From Minisyncoccota bacterium (GTDB lineage Bacteria > Patescibacteriota > Minisyncoccia > Phycocordibacterales > UBA9973), in contig JBAZQY010000001.1 of the NCBI GenBank assembly GCA_041663185.1, positions 19,448 through 83,447 of the forward strand: a DNA stretch of 64,000 bases. The letters are read 5' to 3'. A program made the position numbers and the translations under genes. The stretch's first letter is position 1. Each line of letters starts with the position of its first letter. The notes under the pieces are model-generated. The model was not told the DNA's origin. It was given only the letters and a program-made list of their open reading frames with translations, and ran no database searches. Shown here one piece after another: positions 17,823-27,556 of the stretch.

Positions 17823-19328
17823 ATGTCAGAAAAAAAAGATACAAATGAAAAAGTGCGCCCACCCATAATTGTCGTCATGGGGCATGTTGATCATGGTAAA
17901 TCAACCCTTTTAGATTACATTAGAAAATCAAATGTAGTTCTGGGAGAAGCTGGGGGTATCACTCAACATATTAGTGCCTATGAAGTGACCAGGAAAAGTG
18001 GCTCCGGGGAAACAAGGCAATTGACATTTCTCGATACTCCAGGGCATGAAGCTTTTTCGAAAATGCGTTGCCGTGGAGCACAAGCTGCTGACATTGCAAT
18101 TTTAGTAGTATCTGCTGAAGATGGTATGAAAGCCCAAACTCTTGAAGCTTACAACACAATTATCGAAAATAAAATTTCATACATCGTTGCTATTAATAAA
18201 ATTGACAAAGCTAACGCCAACATTGAAAAAACAAAAATGGATTTGTCAGAGAAAGGAATTTATCTTGAGGGGATGGGTGGCGACATTCCATTTGTTCTCA
18301 TTTCTGCCAAAACGGGTACTGGAGTAGAAGAACTTTTAGATATGATTATTCTCGTGGCTGACCTCGAAGAATTCAAGGGTGATCCATCACAAAATGCCAG
18401 TGGAATTGTGATTGAAGCAAAGCGTGACCCTCAGCGTGGAATTAGCGCCACTTGTATTATTAAAAATGGAACTCTTAAATCTGGAATGTTTGTGGCAACT
18501 GGTGAAGCAATAGTAACCACTCGTATAATGGAGAATTTTTTGGGTAAACCCATAAAAGAAGCCACATTTTCATCCCCTATTCGTCTGGTCGGCTTCCTAT
18601 CGATGCCAGAAATTGGAAATGTATTTCAATCATTTAAGACCAAAAAAGAAGCTGAGAATTATATTTACGAACTAAAAAATGAAAAAACACATAGTCCAGA
18701 AGATCGACAGGAAACTTTTAATGGTAAAATTATTCCAATTATTATCAAAACCGATGTATCTGGTTCTATTGAAGCAATAGAAAAAGAAATCAAGAAATTA
18801 AATCGTGATGAGATATCATTTAAAATAATTAGTAGCGGAGTCGGAGCAATAAATGAATCTGACCTAAAAATGGGGAGTGTAAACAAAGAAAGTGTAATTG
18901 TTGGATTCAACACAAAGATAGATAGCGGGGCCAGAGATTTGAATGAGTCATTGAAAGTAAAAATTGAAATTTTTGACATTATTTATAAACTAACTGATTA
19001 TCTTAAAGAATTAGTGGAAACTCGTCGTCCGAGAGTTGAGACAGTTGAAGTTATTGGATCATTGAAAGTATTGAAAACTTTCGGAGCAACCAAGGGTAAA
19101 CAAATTGTCGGTGGAAAAGTTACGACTGGGAAGATAACTCTGGGAAGTAATATTCGCATATTGCGTCGTGATTTTGAAATAGGAACTGGGAAAATCGCCG
19201 AACTACAAATTAATAAACTTAAATCAAAAGAAGTTGGAGAGGGGTCTGAATGTGGACTTCAAGTAGAGACGAAAATGGATATAGCTACCGGCGATGTACT
19301 TGAAGTTTTTGAAATTAAAATAGTATAG
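17823..19328 (+). CDS. infB: Translation initiation factor IF-2 (short form lacking N-terminal domain)
   Basis: [41 protein letters not shown]. Confidence 0.97.
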   Translation: MSEKKDTNEKVRPPIIVVMGHVDHGKSTLLDYIRKSNVVLGEAGGITQHISAYEVTRKSGSGETRQLTFLDTPGHEAFSKMRCRGAQAADIAILVVSAEDGMKAQTLEAYNTIIENKISYIVAINKIDKANANIEKTKMDLSEKGIYLEGMGGDIPFVLISAKTGTGVEELLDMIILVADLEEFKGDPSQNASGIVIEAKRDPQRGISATCIIKNGTLKSGMFVATGEAIVTTRIMENFLGKPIKEATFSSPIRLVGFLSMPEIGNVFQSFKTKKEAENYIYELKNEKTHSPEDRQETFNGKIIPIIIKTDVSGSIEAIEKEIKKLNRDEISFKIISSGVGAINESDLKMGSVNKESVIVGFNTKIDSGARDLNESLKVKIEIFDIIYKLTDYLKELVETRRPRVETVEVIGSLKVLKTFGATKGKQIVGGKVTTGKITLGSNIRILRRDFEIGTGKIAELQINKLKSKEVGEGSECGLQVETKMDIATGDVLEVFEIKIV

Positions 19329-19329
19329 G

Positions 19330-19418
19330 AGTTGAAACAAATTATATTCTAAAAAAAGTCCTCGGACGAGGGAGGACGAGAAGCCAGACATTTTTTTATA
19401 AAATAATTTGTTTCAACT
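19330..19418. repeat. Palindromic element between infB and rbfA
   Basis: 16-bp perfect arms AGTTGAAACAAATTAT/ATAATTTGTTTCAACT extending with mismatches; purine-rich core CTCGGACGAGGGAGGACGAGAAGCC. Confidence 0.8.
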
Positions 19419-19429
19419 AAAATCAAAAA

Positions 19430-19753
19430 ATGTCAGAATATAGAAACGAAAAAATAAAAAACAATATAAAAGAACTTTCAGCGATATTCATTGAACGAGA
19501 AGCTGGAACTACTTCTCTTATTACTGTTACCCGAGTAGAGTTATCTCCTGATAGTAAGAGAGCAACTATTTTCATAAGTGTTATGCCAAGAGAAAAAGAA
19601 AATGCTGCTTATGGATTCATAAAAAGAAATCTAGGAGAGTTGCGAAAATATGTTGCTAAAAACTTAAAAATAAATCCCATCCCCTATTTAGATGTCATGA
19701 TAGACGAAGGAGAAAAACACCGCCAAAAAATTGACGAATTACTGAAAAATTAG
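19430..19753 (+). CDS. rbfA: Ribosome-binding factor A
   Basis: Follows infB; ITVTRVELSPD..ATIFIS and IP.L..D pattern. Confidence 0.9.
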   Translation: MSEYRNEKIKNNIKELSAIFIEREAGTTSLITVTRVELSPDSKRATIFISVMPREKENAAYGFIKRNLGELRKYVAKNLKINPIPYLDVMIDEGEKHRQKIDELLKN

Positions 19754-19786
19754 TTGCTAGGTTCTAGTTTCTAGGTTATATTAGGA

Positions 19787-19895
19787 AAGAAGCAAGTAGT
19801 ATACATAAAAATTTCTTCGCTTATCCCTCTCCGCCCTTCGGGCTCCGGCGCGCCCACACCTACTCAGAAATTTTCATGTATACTACTTGCTTCTT
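19787..19895. repeat. Palindromic element: 29/30-bp arms around a 49-nt GC-rich core, just upstream of tRNA-Cys
   Basis: Same core ends as 17737-17783 but largely unrelated arms. Confidence 0.9.
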
Positions 19896-19901
19896 AGAAA
19901 T

Positions 19902-19973
19902 GGCCTAGTCGCCAAGTGGTAAGGCAAGGGTCTGCAAAACCCTTACACAGCGGTTCGATTCCGCTCTAGGCCT
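19902..19973 (+). tRNA. tRNA-Cys (GCA)
   Basis: GGCCTAG/CTAGGCC acceptor, AGGGT-CTGCAAA-ACCCT, AGCGG-TTCGATT-CCGCT, U discriminator. Confidence 0.97.
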
Positions 19974-20002
19974 CAGTGTGATATGATGTAATAGTTTTTT
20001 AT

Positions 20003-20086
20003 GCCGGGGTGGCGAAACTGGCAGACGCACTTGCCTTAGGAGCAAGCGAGAGTAATCTCATGGAGGTTCAAGTCCTCTCCCCGGCA
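20003..20086 (+). tRNA. tRNA-Leu (TAG)
   Basis: GCCGGGG/CCCCGGC acceptor, CTTGC-CTTAGGA-GCAAG, long variable arm, GGAGG-TTCAAGT-CCTCT. Confidence 0.97.
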
Positions 20087-20206
20087 CAAAAGATATTTTG
20101 TGCGAGGACTTGAAGACCTTGAGTATATCGCACGGAACAAAGTGAGTACGATACGAAAGGTGTACAGAATCTGTAAGATTCAAGTCCTCTCCCCCGGCAC
20201 AATATT
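20087..20206 (+). repeat. tRNA-Leu-linked structured element with inverted and direct copies of the tRNA 3' end
   Basis: Inverted copy TTTTGTGC-GAGGACTTGAA 20096-20114; direct copy TTCAAGTCCTCTCCCCCGGCACAA 20179-20202. Confidence 0.88.
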
Positions 20207-20215
20207 TTTTATTTT

Positions 20216-21085
20216 ATGTCTCACGAAAAAACGGCCACGAAAACTATATACTTCAGTATTCTAAGTAGTGCGGTCTTAGCTACAATCAAATGGCTAGCTG
20301 GTGTTTTTGGCCATTCGTACGCACTGATTGCGGATGCGATAGAATCAACAACTGACATCGTTTCTTCTGTGTTAGTTTTATTTGGAATTAAGTATGCTAA
20401 TAAACCACCAGACAAAGGCCACCCATACGGCCACGGAAGAATTGAGCCACTGGTAACTTTCCTGGTTGTTGGATTTTTAATAACTTCGGCAATTGTCATT
20501 TCTATTAACGCGATAGAAAATATTAATACACCCCACCAGTCGCCTAAGGCATACACTCTATTTATTTTAGCAGGCATAATTGCTTGGAAGGAAATTTCTT
20601 ATCGTTTAGTTATTAAAAAAAGTAAAGAAACAAAAAGCACTTCTTTAAAGGCCGACGCTTGGCACCATAGGAGCGATGCCATAACTTCAGTAGCAGCATT
20701 TATTGGAATTTCTATCGCCCTTATTTTGGGTCCAGGGTTTGAACAAGCTGATGATTGGGCAGCACTTTTTGCTGCGGTATTTATCTTATATAATAGTTAT
20801 TTGATTTTTCGGCCAGCTTTTGGAGAAATTATGGATGAATATACTCATGAAGATTTTACAAAGAAAATTAGAGAAATATCAAAAAAAACTGAAGGAGTTC
20901 TCGATACTGAAAAATGTTTCGTCAGAAAAACTGGGATGAAATTCTATGTCGATTTACATATTACCGTTGATGCCAAAATTTCAGTTAAAGAAGGACATGA
21001 TATTTCCCATAAACTAAAAAGCCGTCTTGAAAATGAAATTCCTGAATTATCAAATGTCTTAATCCACATTGAGCCAAATGAATAG
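20216..21085 (+). CDS. Cation diffusion facilitator transporter (FieF-like)
   Basis: SYALIADAIES..D, HPYGHGRIE, ADAWHHRSD, C-terminal IHIEP. Confidence 0.93.
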   Translation: MSHEKTATKTIYFSILSSAVLATIKWLAGVFGHSYALIADAIESTTDIVSSVLVLFGIKYANKPPDKGHPYGHGRIEPLVTFLVVGFLITSAIVISINAIENINTPHQSPKAYTLFILAGIIAWKEISYRLVIKKSKETKSTSLKADAWHHRSDAITSVAAFIGISIALILGPGFEQADDWAALFAAVFILYNSYLIFRPAFGEIMDEYTHEDFTKKIREISKKTEGVLDTEKCFVRKTGMKFYVDLHITVDAKISVKEGHDISHKLKSRLENEIPELSNVLIHIEPNE

Positions 21086-21124
21086 ATTTGCTTATTACCC
21101 TCAAATATAGTATCATTGAACAAT

Positions 21125-21358
21125 ATGATGATTGTCGCCCAAATATTGCCTTATATACAGATTATCTTGTCTATTATTTTAATAGTCGCTATCCTTCTTC
21201 AGCAATCTAGCGCCGGAGTCGGAGGAGCCCTAGGTGGAGGAGATAGTGGTGGACTTTATAATACTCGCCGTGGTTTTGAGAAATTCCTTTTTGTATTAAC
21301 AATAGTTATTAGTATTCTTTTCGCGATATCATCATTTATCGCCATACTCATCAAATAA
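21125..21358 (+). CDS. secG: Preprotein translocase subunit SecG
   Basis: Two TM helices, ILLQ..G.GG..GG linker, TRRGFEKFL. Confidence 0.9.
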   Translation: MMIVAQILPYIQIILSIILIVAILLQQSSAGVGGALGGGDSGGLYNTRRGFEKFLFVLTIVISILFAISSFIAILIK

Positions 21359-21398
21359 CTAAATTGTCTTTGGTTTGCTGTTTTGGTTGAATGCTTTT

Positions 21399-23192
21399 AT
21401 GCATAAATTTATTCTATTTATTAAAGAATTTCATATTTATAAGAAGAAAGAACTACTCGAGGCCATCTCGTCTTTTTCGAAGAAGCAATTCTTTATTTTT
21501 ATTGGGATCGCAGTTGTAGCTCTAGTTTCAATGATAATATTATTGAGTAAAATTAATTCTCTATTATTAGTTAGTGTTCCGACAAGTGGAGGAACCATTA
21601 CAGAAGGAATTGTCGGAGTCCCTACTTTAATTAATCCTGTCATTGCTTTAACAGATGCCGATAAAGATCTGACGATTCTTGTTTATTCTGGATTAATGAG
21701 AAAAAATTCCGAAGGAGAATTCATCCCTGATTTAGCCGAATCATTTACTATGTCACCAGATGGAACAAGTTATACTTTTATTCTCAGAAAAGATGCCAAA
21801 TTTCATAACGGAACTAAGGTAACAGCCGATGATGTGATTTTCACTATTGAAAAAATAAAAGATCCAATTATCAAAAGTCCAAGAAAAATGGGTTGGGATG
21901 GAGTTAGTATCAGCAAAATAGATGACTACACGATTACTTTCAATTTGGCTCAGCCATACATTTCTTTTCTTGATAATACAACAATTGGTATTTTGCCATC
22001 TAAAGTGTGGAAAAATGTTAATCCAAATGAATTTAACTTATCTACCCTCAACACAAAAGCTATCGGTTCAGGTCCTTACAAAGTAAGAACTGTTTTAAAA
22101 AATAAGGATGGAATTCCACAAAAATATGAACTTGTACGTTTTAAAAACTTTACTTTAGATAAACCCCTAATCAAACATATTAATATTATTTCTTACGCTA
22201 ATGAAAAAGATTTATTAAAAGCCCTAAGCAATCATTCAATTGATCAAGCTGGAGGAATAAGTTCCGAAAATATTGTGAACTTTAAAAAAGGAAAATATAC
22301 CATCCATACAGCCACCCTACCTAGAATTTTTGGAGTCTTTTTCAATAGTAATAAAAATAAAATTTTTAATGATCCGGCTGTCATCAAAGCTTTTGCAACT
22401 GCCCTAGATAAACAAGAAATTGTTGATCAAGTTTTGGGAGGATATGGTTCAACTGTCTATAATCCTATTCCTGAAAAAATAATTAAAAGTGACACAGAAG
22501 AAAAATATGAGAAAATGAACATTGAAGAAGCAAATCTAATTCTTGAAAAAGCTGGGTGGATAAAAGGAGAAGATGGAATTCGCGCTAAAGGAGGAACAAC
22601 AACTGTAACTAAAAAAGTTGGTAAAAAAACTGTTACCGAAACAGTCAAAAATCCGACCGGGGCAACACGACTTACCTTTGCTCTAACTACTGGGGATGCT
22701 CCAGAATTAAAACAAACAACTGAATTAATTAAGGAACAATTAGGAAAGATTGGAGTGGAGGTTGATATAAAAAAGGTTTATGAAACTGGTCAGTTGAACC
22801 AATTAATTAGAGCTCGTGATTATGAAGCACTATTTTTTGGACAAGTAATTAATCATGAATCTGACTTGTATTCGTTTTGGCATTCTTCTCAACGAATAGA
22901 TCCCGGATTAAATATCGCAATGTATAGTAATAAAAAAGTAGACGCTTTACTTGAATCAATTCAAAAAACATTAAACCCAGAAGATCGTATGGGAAAATAT
23001 CAAAATTTGGCTACAGAATTTGATACAAATATTCCAGCCTTCTTAATCTATTCTCCTTCTTACATATATATCACATCGAATGATCTTAACAATATGTCTC
23101 TAAATACTATCACTATCCCGTCAGATCGTTTTAATTCTGTATATACATGGTCTGCTAGTATAGATAGAGTTTGGAAAATCTTTACTAAATAA
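21399..23192 (+). CDS. ABC peptide-binding protein (family 5 SBP), membrane-anchored
   Basis: YSGLM..PDLAES..YTFILR..KFHNG..TADDVIFT, IGSGPY. Confidence 0.9.
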   Translation: MHKFILFIKEFHIYKKKELLEAISSFSKKQFFIFIGIAVVALVSMIILLSKINSLLLVSVPTSGGTITEGIVGVPTLINPVIALTDADKDLTILVYSGLMRKNSEGEFIPDLAESFTMSPDGTSYTFILRKDAKFHNGTKVTADDVIFTIEKIKDPIIKSPRKMGWDGVSISKIDDYTITFNLAQPYISFLDNTTIGILPSKVWKNVNPNEFNLSTLNTKAIGSGPYKVRTVLKNKDGIPQKYELVRFKNFTLDKPLIKHINIISYANEKDLLKALSNHSIDQAGGISSENIVNFKKGKYTIHTATLPRIFGVFFNSNKNKIFNDPAVIKAFATALDKQEIVDQVLGGYGSTVYNPIPEKIIKSDTEEKYEKMNIEEANLILEKAGWIKGEDGIRAKGGTTTVTKKVGKKTVTETVKNPTGATRLTFALTTGDAPELKQTTELIKEQLGKIGVEVDIKKVYETGQLNQLIRARDYEALFFGQVINHESDLYSFWHSSQRIDPGLNIAMYSNKKVDALLESIQKTLNPEDRMGKYQNLATEFDTNIPAFLIYSPSYIYITSNDLNNMSLNTITIPSDRFNSVYTWSASIDRVWKIFTK

Positions 23193-23203
23193 TAAAATAA
23201 CAA

Positions 23204-25192
23204 ATGACTGAAATACATAAAAAAAATCAAAATACTAAATCTAAGAATTCTCAAAGATTTAGTTATAGAAAACAGGGTAATATCCGTGTCTTACATAAAG
23301 TAGGACAGCCTAACATTAAAACTAATACAAATATTGTAAAACAAAATACTTATACCACAAATGACAAACCACAAACATCCAATAGAAAAATAAATCGTAG
23401 TAGTTATCAATATGGAAGTAATAAAGGAGGTCGGATGCCCAAAAGAGAAAAGGCTCCTCCTCCAACCACCTATCAAACGTTTAAGAAAACAGTTTCCAAA
23501 ATTCCCGACCCAGAAAAAGGAGTCATCCGAATTATTCCACTTGGAGGAGTAGAGGAAATTGGAAAAAATATGACCGCGATTGAAATTGGTGATGATATTA
23601 TCGTCATTGATGCTGGAATGCAATTCAAAACAGAAGATACTCCAGGAATTGATTATATTATTCCAAATACGACTTATTTAGAAGAAAGAAAGGATAAAAT
23701 TCGAGCCATGCTTGTAACTCACGGGCACTTGGATCATATTGGGGGTATCCCTCTTGTCATGAGTCGAATTGGTAATCCTCCATTATATTCTCGAAACTTA
23801 TCTGTCTTGGTTATGAAGAAACGTCAGGAAGAATTCCCTCACCTACCACCACTTGATGCACATATTATTGAAACAAATTCAGTTGTCTATGCCGGTAAAA
23901 TTCGTATTCGCTTTTTTGGTGTGACTCACACCATGCCCGATTCTATGGGTATCGTCATCGAAACACCCTATGGAGTCATCGTAACCCCTGGAGATTATAA
24001 ACTTGATCAAATAGATGGCGTAGTTACAGACGAAGAAGAAAAAGAATATGCTTTTTTTGATAAAGAAAAAGTTCTTCTGTTATTGACAGACTCAACAAAT
24101 ATTGAAAATGAAGGATTTGCGTTACCAGAAGTGCGAGTGCATGAGGGCTTGGATAAAGTGATCAGACAAGGCACTGGCCGTATTATTATTTCAGCTTTTG
24201 CTTCATCAATTACTCGTTTAATGAAAATTGTTGAAATCGCTGAATCTCTCGGGAAGAAAGTCGTCTTAGATGGAAGGTCACTGAAAACAAACATGGAGGT
24301 TTGTGAACAAGCTGGAATTTTTAAACCTAAAAAGGGCACCATTATTCCAGTTGAAGATGTTGATAAATATCCACCCAATAAAGTTCTAATTATGATGACC
24401 GGAGCCCAGGGAGAAGAATTCGCCGCTCTCGGCCGTGCTGCAAATAAAACTCACAAGAAATTTACCATTCGCCCGGGTGATACAATAATACTTTCTTCAT
24501 CTATTGTCCCTGGCAATGAAATCGCAGTTCAACATTTGAAAGATAACTTATCTCGTCATGGTGTCCGGATTATTAGTTATAGAACAAGTGAAGAATACAT
24601 CCACGCCACAGGTCACGGTAATCAAGAAGATATAAAATGGCTACATAAGAAAACTCATCCAAAATTTTTCATTCCAATTCATGGTTGGCATTCGATGCTT
24701 GTCAAACATAAAGAGGTTGCTATGTCTCTCGGAATGTCTGAAGAAAACATTATTGTCCCCGACAATGGCTCTATTATTGAAATTGTAAATAATGGAAGTA
24801 AAATTGTTCTTCGTAAAGAAAAAGCCCCATCTGGTCCGATGATGGTGGATGGATTTTCTATTGGTGATGAACAAGATGTTGTTATCAGAGATAGAGTTAT
24901 GCTTGCTCAAGATGGTATGTTTGTTTTAATTGCAACGATTGATTCGACTACTGGTAAATTAAGAAAATCTCCAGACATCATATCGCGTGGATTTATCTAT
25001 CTCAAAGAAAACCAGGAATTACTTCACCAAGTCCGATTAATTATCAAAAAAACAATTGAAGATGAGATTGGAAGAATGAATCCGATCGACTTTGATGTTA
25101 TTAAAACTGCCCTGGGAGATAATATTTCAAAATTCCTTTTCCAGAAAACCGCTAAACGACCTATTGTCATTCCAGTATTATTAAGTATTTAA
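23204..25192 (+). CDS. rnj: Ribonuclease J with long basic N-terminal extension
   Basis: PLGGVEEIGKNM, THGHLDHIGG, TGAQGE, HATGHG, PIHG. Confidence 0.96.
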   Translation: MTEIHKKNQNTKSKNSQRFSYRKQGNIRVLHKVGQPNIKTNTNIVKQNTYTTNDKPQTSNRKINRSSYQYGSNKGGRMPKREKAPPPTTYQTFKKTVSKIPDPEKGVIRIIPLGGVEEIGKNMTAIEIGDDIIVIDAGMQFKTEDTPGIDYIIPNTTYLEERKDKIRAMLVTHGHLDHIGGIPLVMSRIGNPPLYSRNLSVLVMKKRQEEFPHLPPLDAHIIETNSVVYAGKIRIRFFGVTHTMPDSMGIVIETPYGVIVTPGDYKLDQIDGVVTDEEEKEYAFFDKEKVLLLLTDSTNIENEGFALPEVRVHEGLDKVIRQGTGRIIISAFASSITRLMKIVEIAESLGKKVVLDGRSLKTNMEVCEQAGIFKPKKGTIIPVEDVDKYPPNKVLIMMTGAQGEEFAALGRAANKTHKKFTIRPGDTIILSSSIVPGNEIAVQHLKDNLSRHGVRIISYRTSEEYIHATGHGNQEDIKWLHKKTHPKFFIPIHGWHSMLVKHKEVAMSLGMSEENIIVPDNGSIIEIVNNGSKIVLRKEKAPSGPMMVDGFSIGDEQDVVIRDRVMLAQDGMFVLIATIDSTTGKLRKSPDIISRGFIYLKENQELLHQVRLIIKKTIEDEIGRMNPIDFDVIKTALGDNISKFLFQKTAKRPIVIPVLLSI

Positions 25193-25203
25193 AAAATAAC
25201 AAG

Positions 25204-26388
25204 ATGAGGACAACAAAACTTAAACGCATGTATGTTCTATCATTTCTTTTCACTTTACATATTGCCTTATCAGCATATGTAAACTCAGCTTTTTTGACTG
25301 ATATAATTTCAGAAAAATATGTCGGGGTGCTCTATACCCTATCTTCAATTGTTACTCTGGCTCTACTTTCGAAAAGTGTAAACATCTTAGAATTTGTTGG
25401 CAATAGACGATTCACTTTAGGATTACTTTTTGTGAACATGCTTGCTTTAGTAGGAATGATAACTTCTAACAATGTTTATATTGTCGGAGCATCTTTTGTC
25501 CTTTTTGTTTCAACTAATACTCAAATATTATATTGCATCGATATATTCATTGAACACTTTGGAGACAAGAAAACTATTGGAAAAAACCGTGGACTCTACT
25601 TAACAATTATTAATTTAGCATGGTTGGCCTCCCCTCTTTTATCATCTTTTTTGATTACTCAAGTAGGGGGTTATCAAACCATTTATATCGTGGCTTTTAT
25701 TGTCGCTATCATAATGACCATTGGTTTAACTTTCTCGGTAAAAACTTTTAAAGATAAAACGTATAAGAAAACTCCATTTCTTGAAACATACCGATATCTA
25801 AAAACCAACCATCACATGTTGGCGATTACAATCATAAATTTTATCTTACAATTCTTTTATGCTTGGATGGTCATCTATACTCCTATATACTTACACCAAC
25901 ACATTGGGCTTAATTGGGGCCAAATTGGTATTATTTTTACAATAATGCTTACTCCATTTATCATTTTTAGTTTACCTGTCGGGGTTCTCATAGATAAATA
26001 TCACATCAAAAAAAGAACCATGCTATATATCGGTTTTGTTATTATCAGCTTATCAACATTTTTGATAGCTGGAATAACCACTAAAAGCGTCATCTTGTGG
26101 GCAGTAGTCTTATTCATAACAAGAATGGGCGCGAGCATCATTGAGACAACTTCAGAAATTTATTTCTTTACTCACATCAAAGAGGAGGAGGCATATCTAC
26201 TTAGCGTCTTTCGTGATATGATGCCAGTGGCTTATATTATCGCTCCGCTTCTCAGTACTATTATTTTTATATTCTTACCATTTAAGTTTTTATTTATTAT
26301 TTTAAGTATTGTCTTACTCGCAGGCTTATACTATATTCCACATTTAAAACATAATCATGAACCTCTCTTATCCGATTCGAATAAATAA
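25204..26388 (+). CDS. MFS transporter
   Basis: ~12 hydrophobic segments; G.LIDKY motif in the second half. Confidence 0.8.
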   Translation: MRTTKLKRMYVLSFLFTLHIALSAYVNSAFLTDIISEKYVGVLYTLSSIVTLALLSKSVNILEFVGNRRFTLGLLFVNMLALVGMITSNNVYIVGASFVLFVSTNTQILYCIDIFIEHFGDKKTIGKNRGLYLTIINLAWLASPLLSSFLITQVGGYQTIYIVAFIVAIIMTIGLTFSVKTFKDKTYKKTPFLETYRYLKTNHHMLAITIINFILQFFYAWMVIYTPIYLHQHIGLNWGQIGIIFTIMLTPFIIFSLPVGVLIDKYHIKKRTMLYIGFVIISLSTFLIAGITTKSVILWAVVLFITRMGASIIETTSEIYFFTHIKEEEAYLLSVFRDMMPVAYIIAPLLSTIIFIFLPFKFLFIILSIVLLAGLYYIPHLKHNHEPLLSDSNK

Positions 26389-27067
26389 ATATTTGGCCAT
26401 TCACAATTACTCCACTCGCACTGGAGCTGATGAACTTATAAAAAAAGGTTTTGTCTCTATTAATGGAAAGCGTGCAGTACTTGGTGATAAGGTCAATAAG
26501 GGTGATGAGGTAATTGTAAGCAAAAAAGCTCCTCAAAAAGAATATGTCTATTATGCTTATAATAAAGCTACTGGGATTTCTACAAACCCAGACACTACAA
26601 GTAAAGATATTCTACAGGTTACAAAATTCCCTGTCCGAGTTTTCCCAGTCGGCCGATTGGATAAAGATTCACACGGATTAATTATACTGACCAACGACGG
26701 TAGGGTGACTGATCGACTTCTGTCCCCTCGCTTTATCCACGAGAAAGAATATGTTGTGAAGGTCGAACCGAATTTCTCAGATAAATTCATTACCCTCATG
26801 TCAAACGGTGTCCACTTTGATAAATATGTCAGCAAGAAATGCAAAGTGAATCGCAAGGAAAACTCCAAAAATACTTTCCATATAATTCTTACTGAGGGTA
26901 AAAAACGGCAAATTAGACGAATGTGCGAAGCCCTACACCACCAGGTTCTAGACCTTAAAAGAATCAGAATTATGAATATTCTACTCGGCAAACTCCCTCT
27001 TGGTGAGTTTCGTGAAATAAAAGAAAAAGAATTAAATGAATTTTTGAAATCATTAAATCTCATATAA
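26357..27067 (+). CDS. RsuA/RluF-family rRNA pseudouridine synthase
   Basis: S4 domain, VGRLDKDSHGLIILTNDG, HEKEYVV, EGKKRQIRRM. Confidence 0.93.
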   Translation: MNLSYPIRINKYLAIHNYSTRTGADELIKKGFVSINGKRAVLGDKVNKGDEVIVSKKAPQKEYVYYAYNKATGISTNPDTTSKDILQVTKFPVRVFPVGRLDKDSHGLIILTNDGRVTDRLLSPRFIHEKEYVVKVEPNFSDKFITLMSNGVHFDKYVSKKCKVNRKENSKNTFHIILTEGKKRQIRRMCEALHHQVLDLKRIRIMNILLGKLPLGEFREIKEKELNEFLKSLNLI

Positions 27068-27098
27068 CAAAAAATCCCCATAATGGGGATTTTTTGTT
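27066..27098. terminator. Bidirectional intrinsic terminator
   Basis: AACAAAAAATCCCCA-TAA-TGGGGATTTTTTGTT between convergent genes. Confidence 0.75.
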
Positions 27099-27101
27099 AT
27101 T

Positions 27102-27147
27102 TTATTTAGCTATGTATGGCTAAATCACAATGTGATCGCCCGATTGC
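27102..27147 (-). repeat. Recoded duplicate of the rpsR 3' end (PYIAK*) plus 28-nt hairpin spacer
   Basis: Native CCA TAT ATT GCC AAA TAG (27165-27148) versus copy CCA TAC ATA GCT AAA TAA (27119-27102). Confidence 0.7.
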
Positions 27148-27348
27148 CTATTTGGCAATATATGGTAGTAATCCCATAAAGCGAGCACGTTTGATTGCTA
27201 CAGAAAGCTTGCGTTGATTCTTTGAAGTCACATCTGTGCGTCGGCGAGCAAGCATACGGGCAGTCGGAGATAAAAATCTCTTCAATAGCTCTACATCTTT
27301 ATAATCAATATGTTTTATATTGTTTGATGAAAAATAATCTTGTTTCAT
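27148..27348 (-). CDS. rpsR: 30S ribosomal protein S18 (Zn-free form)
   Basis: [33 protein letters not shown]. Confidence 0.97.
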   Translation of the reverse strand: MKQDYFSSNNIKHIDYKDVELLKRFLSPTARMLARRRTDVTSKNQRKLSVAIKRARFMGLLPYIAK

Positions 27349-27386
27349 AAATTCTTAATGAACGTAGTGAATTTAGAATTTATGAA

Positions 27387-27519
27387 ACCCTGTTAAATAA
27401 AATTTGACAGATATTCTTTATTTCTAAAAACATTACGGGTGTTTATATTTTTAATTCAATTAATTGATAAAATGTCCTGTGTTAAATTTTAATTTTTATT
27501 AAAAATTATTTAACAGGGT
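27387..27519. repeat. MITE-like element between ssb and rpsR
   Basis: 14-bp perfect terminal inverted repeats ACCCTGTTAAATAA/TTATTTAACAGGGT; nested AAAATTTGACA/TGTTAAATTTT. Confidence 0.7.
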
Positions 27520-27556
27520 AAGGAAAATCATATTCGCTTCACTCGTTGATTTTCAC

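Noticed and set aside
20115-20165. Hammerhead ribozyme in the tRNA-linked core (TGAG..CGAAA)
   Set aside because: CUGANGA core is incomplete and ACCTT pairs directly with AAGGT, giving a continuous helix rather than a three-way junction
20179-20202. Second tRNA-Leu gene
   Set aside because: Only the T-loop and 3' acceptor strand are present; no cloverleaf
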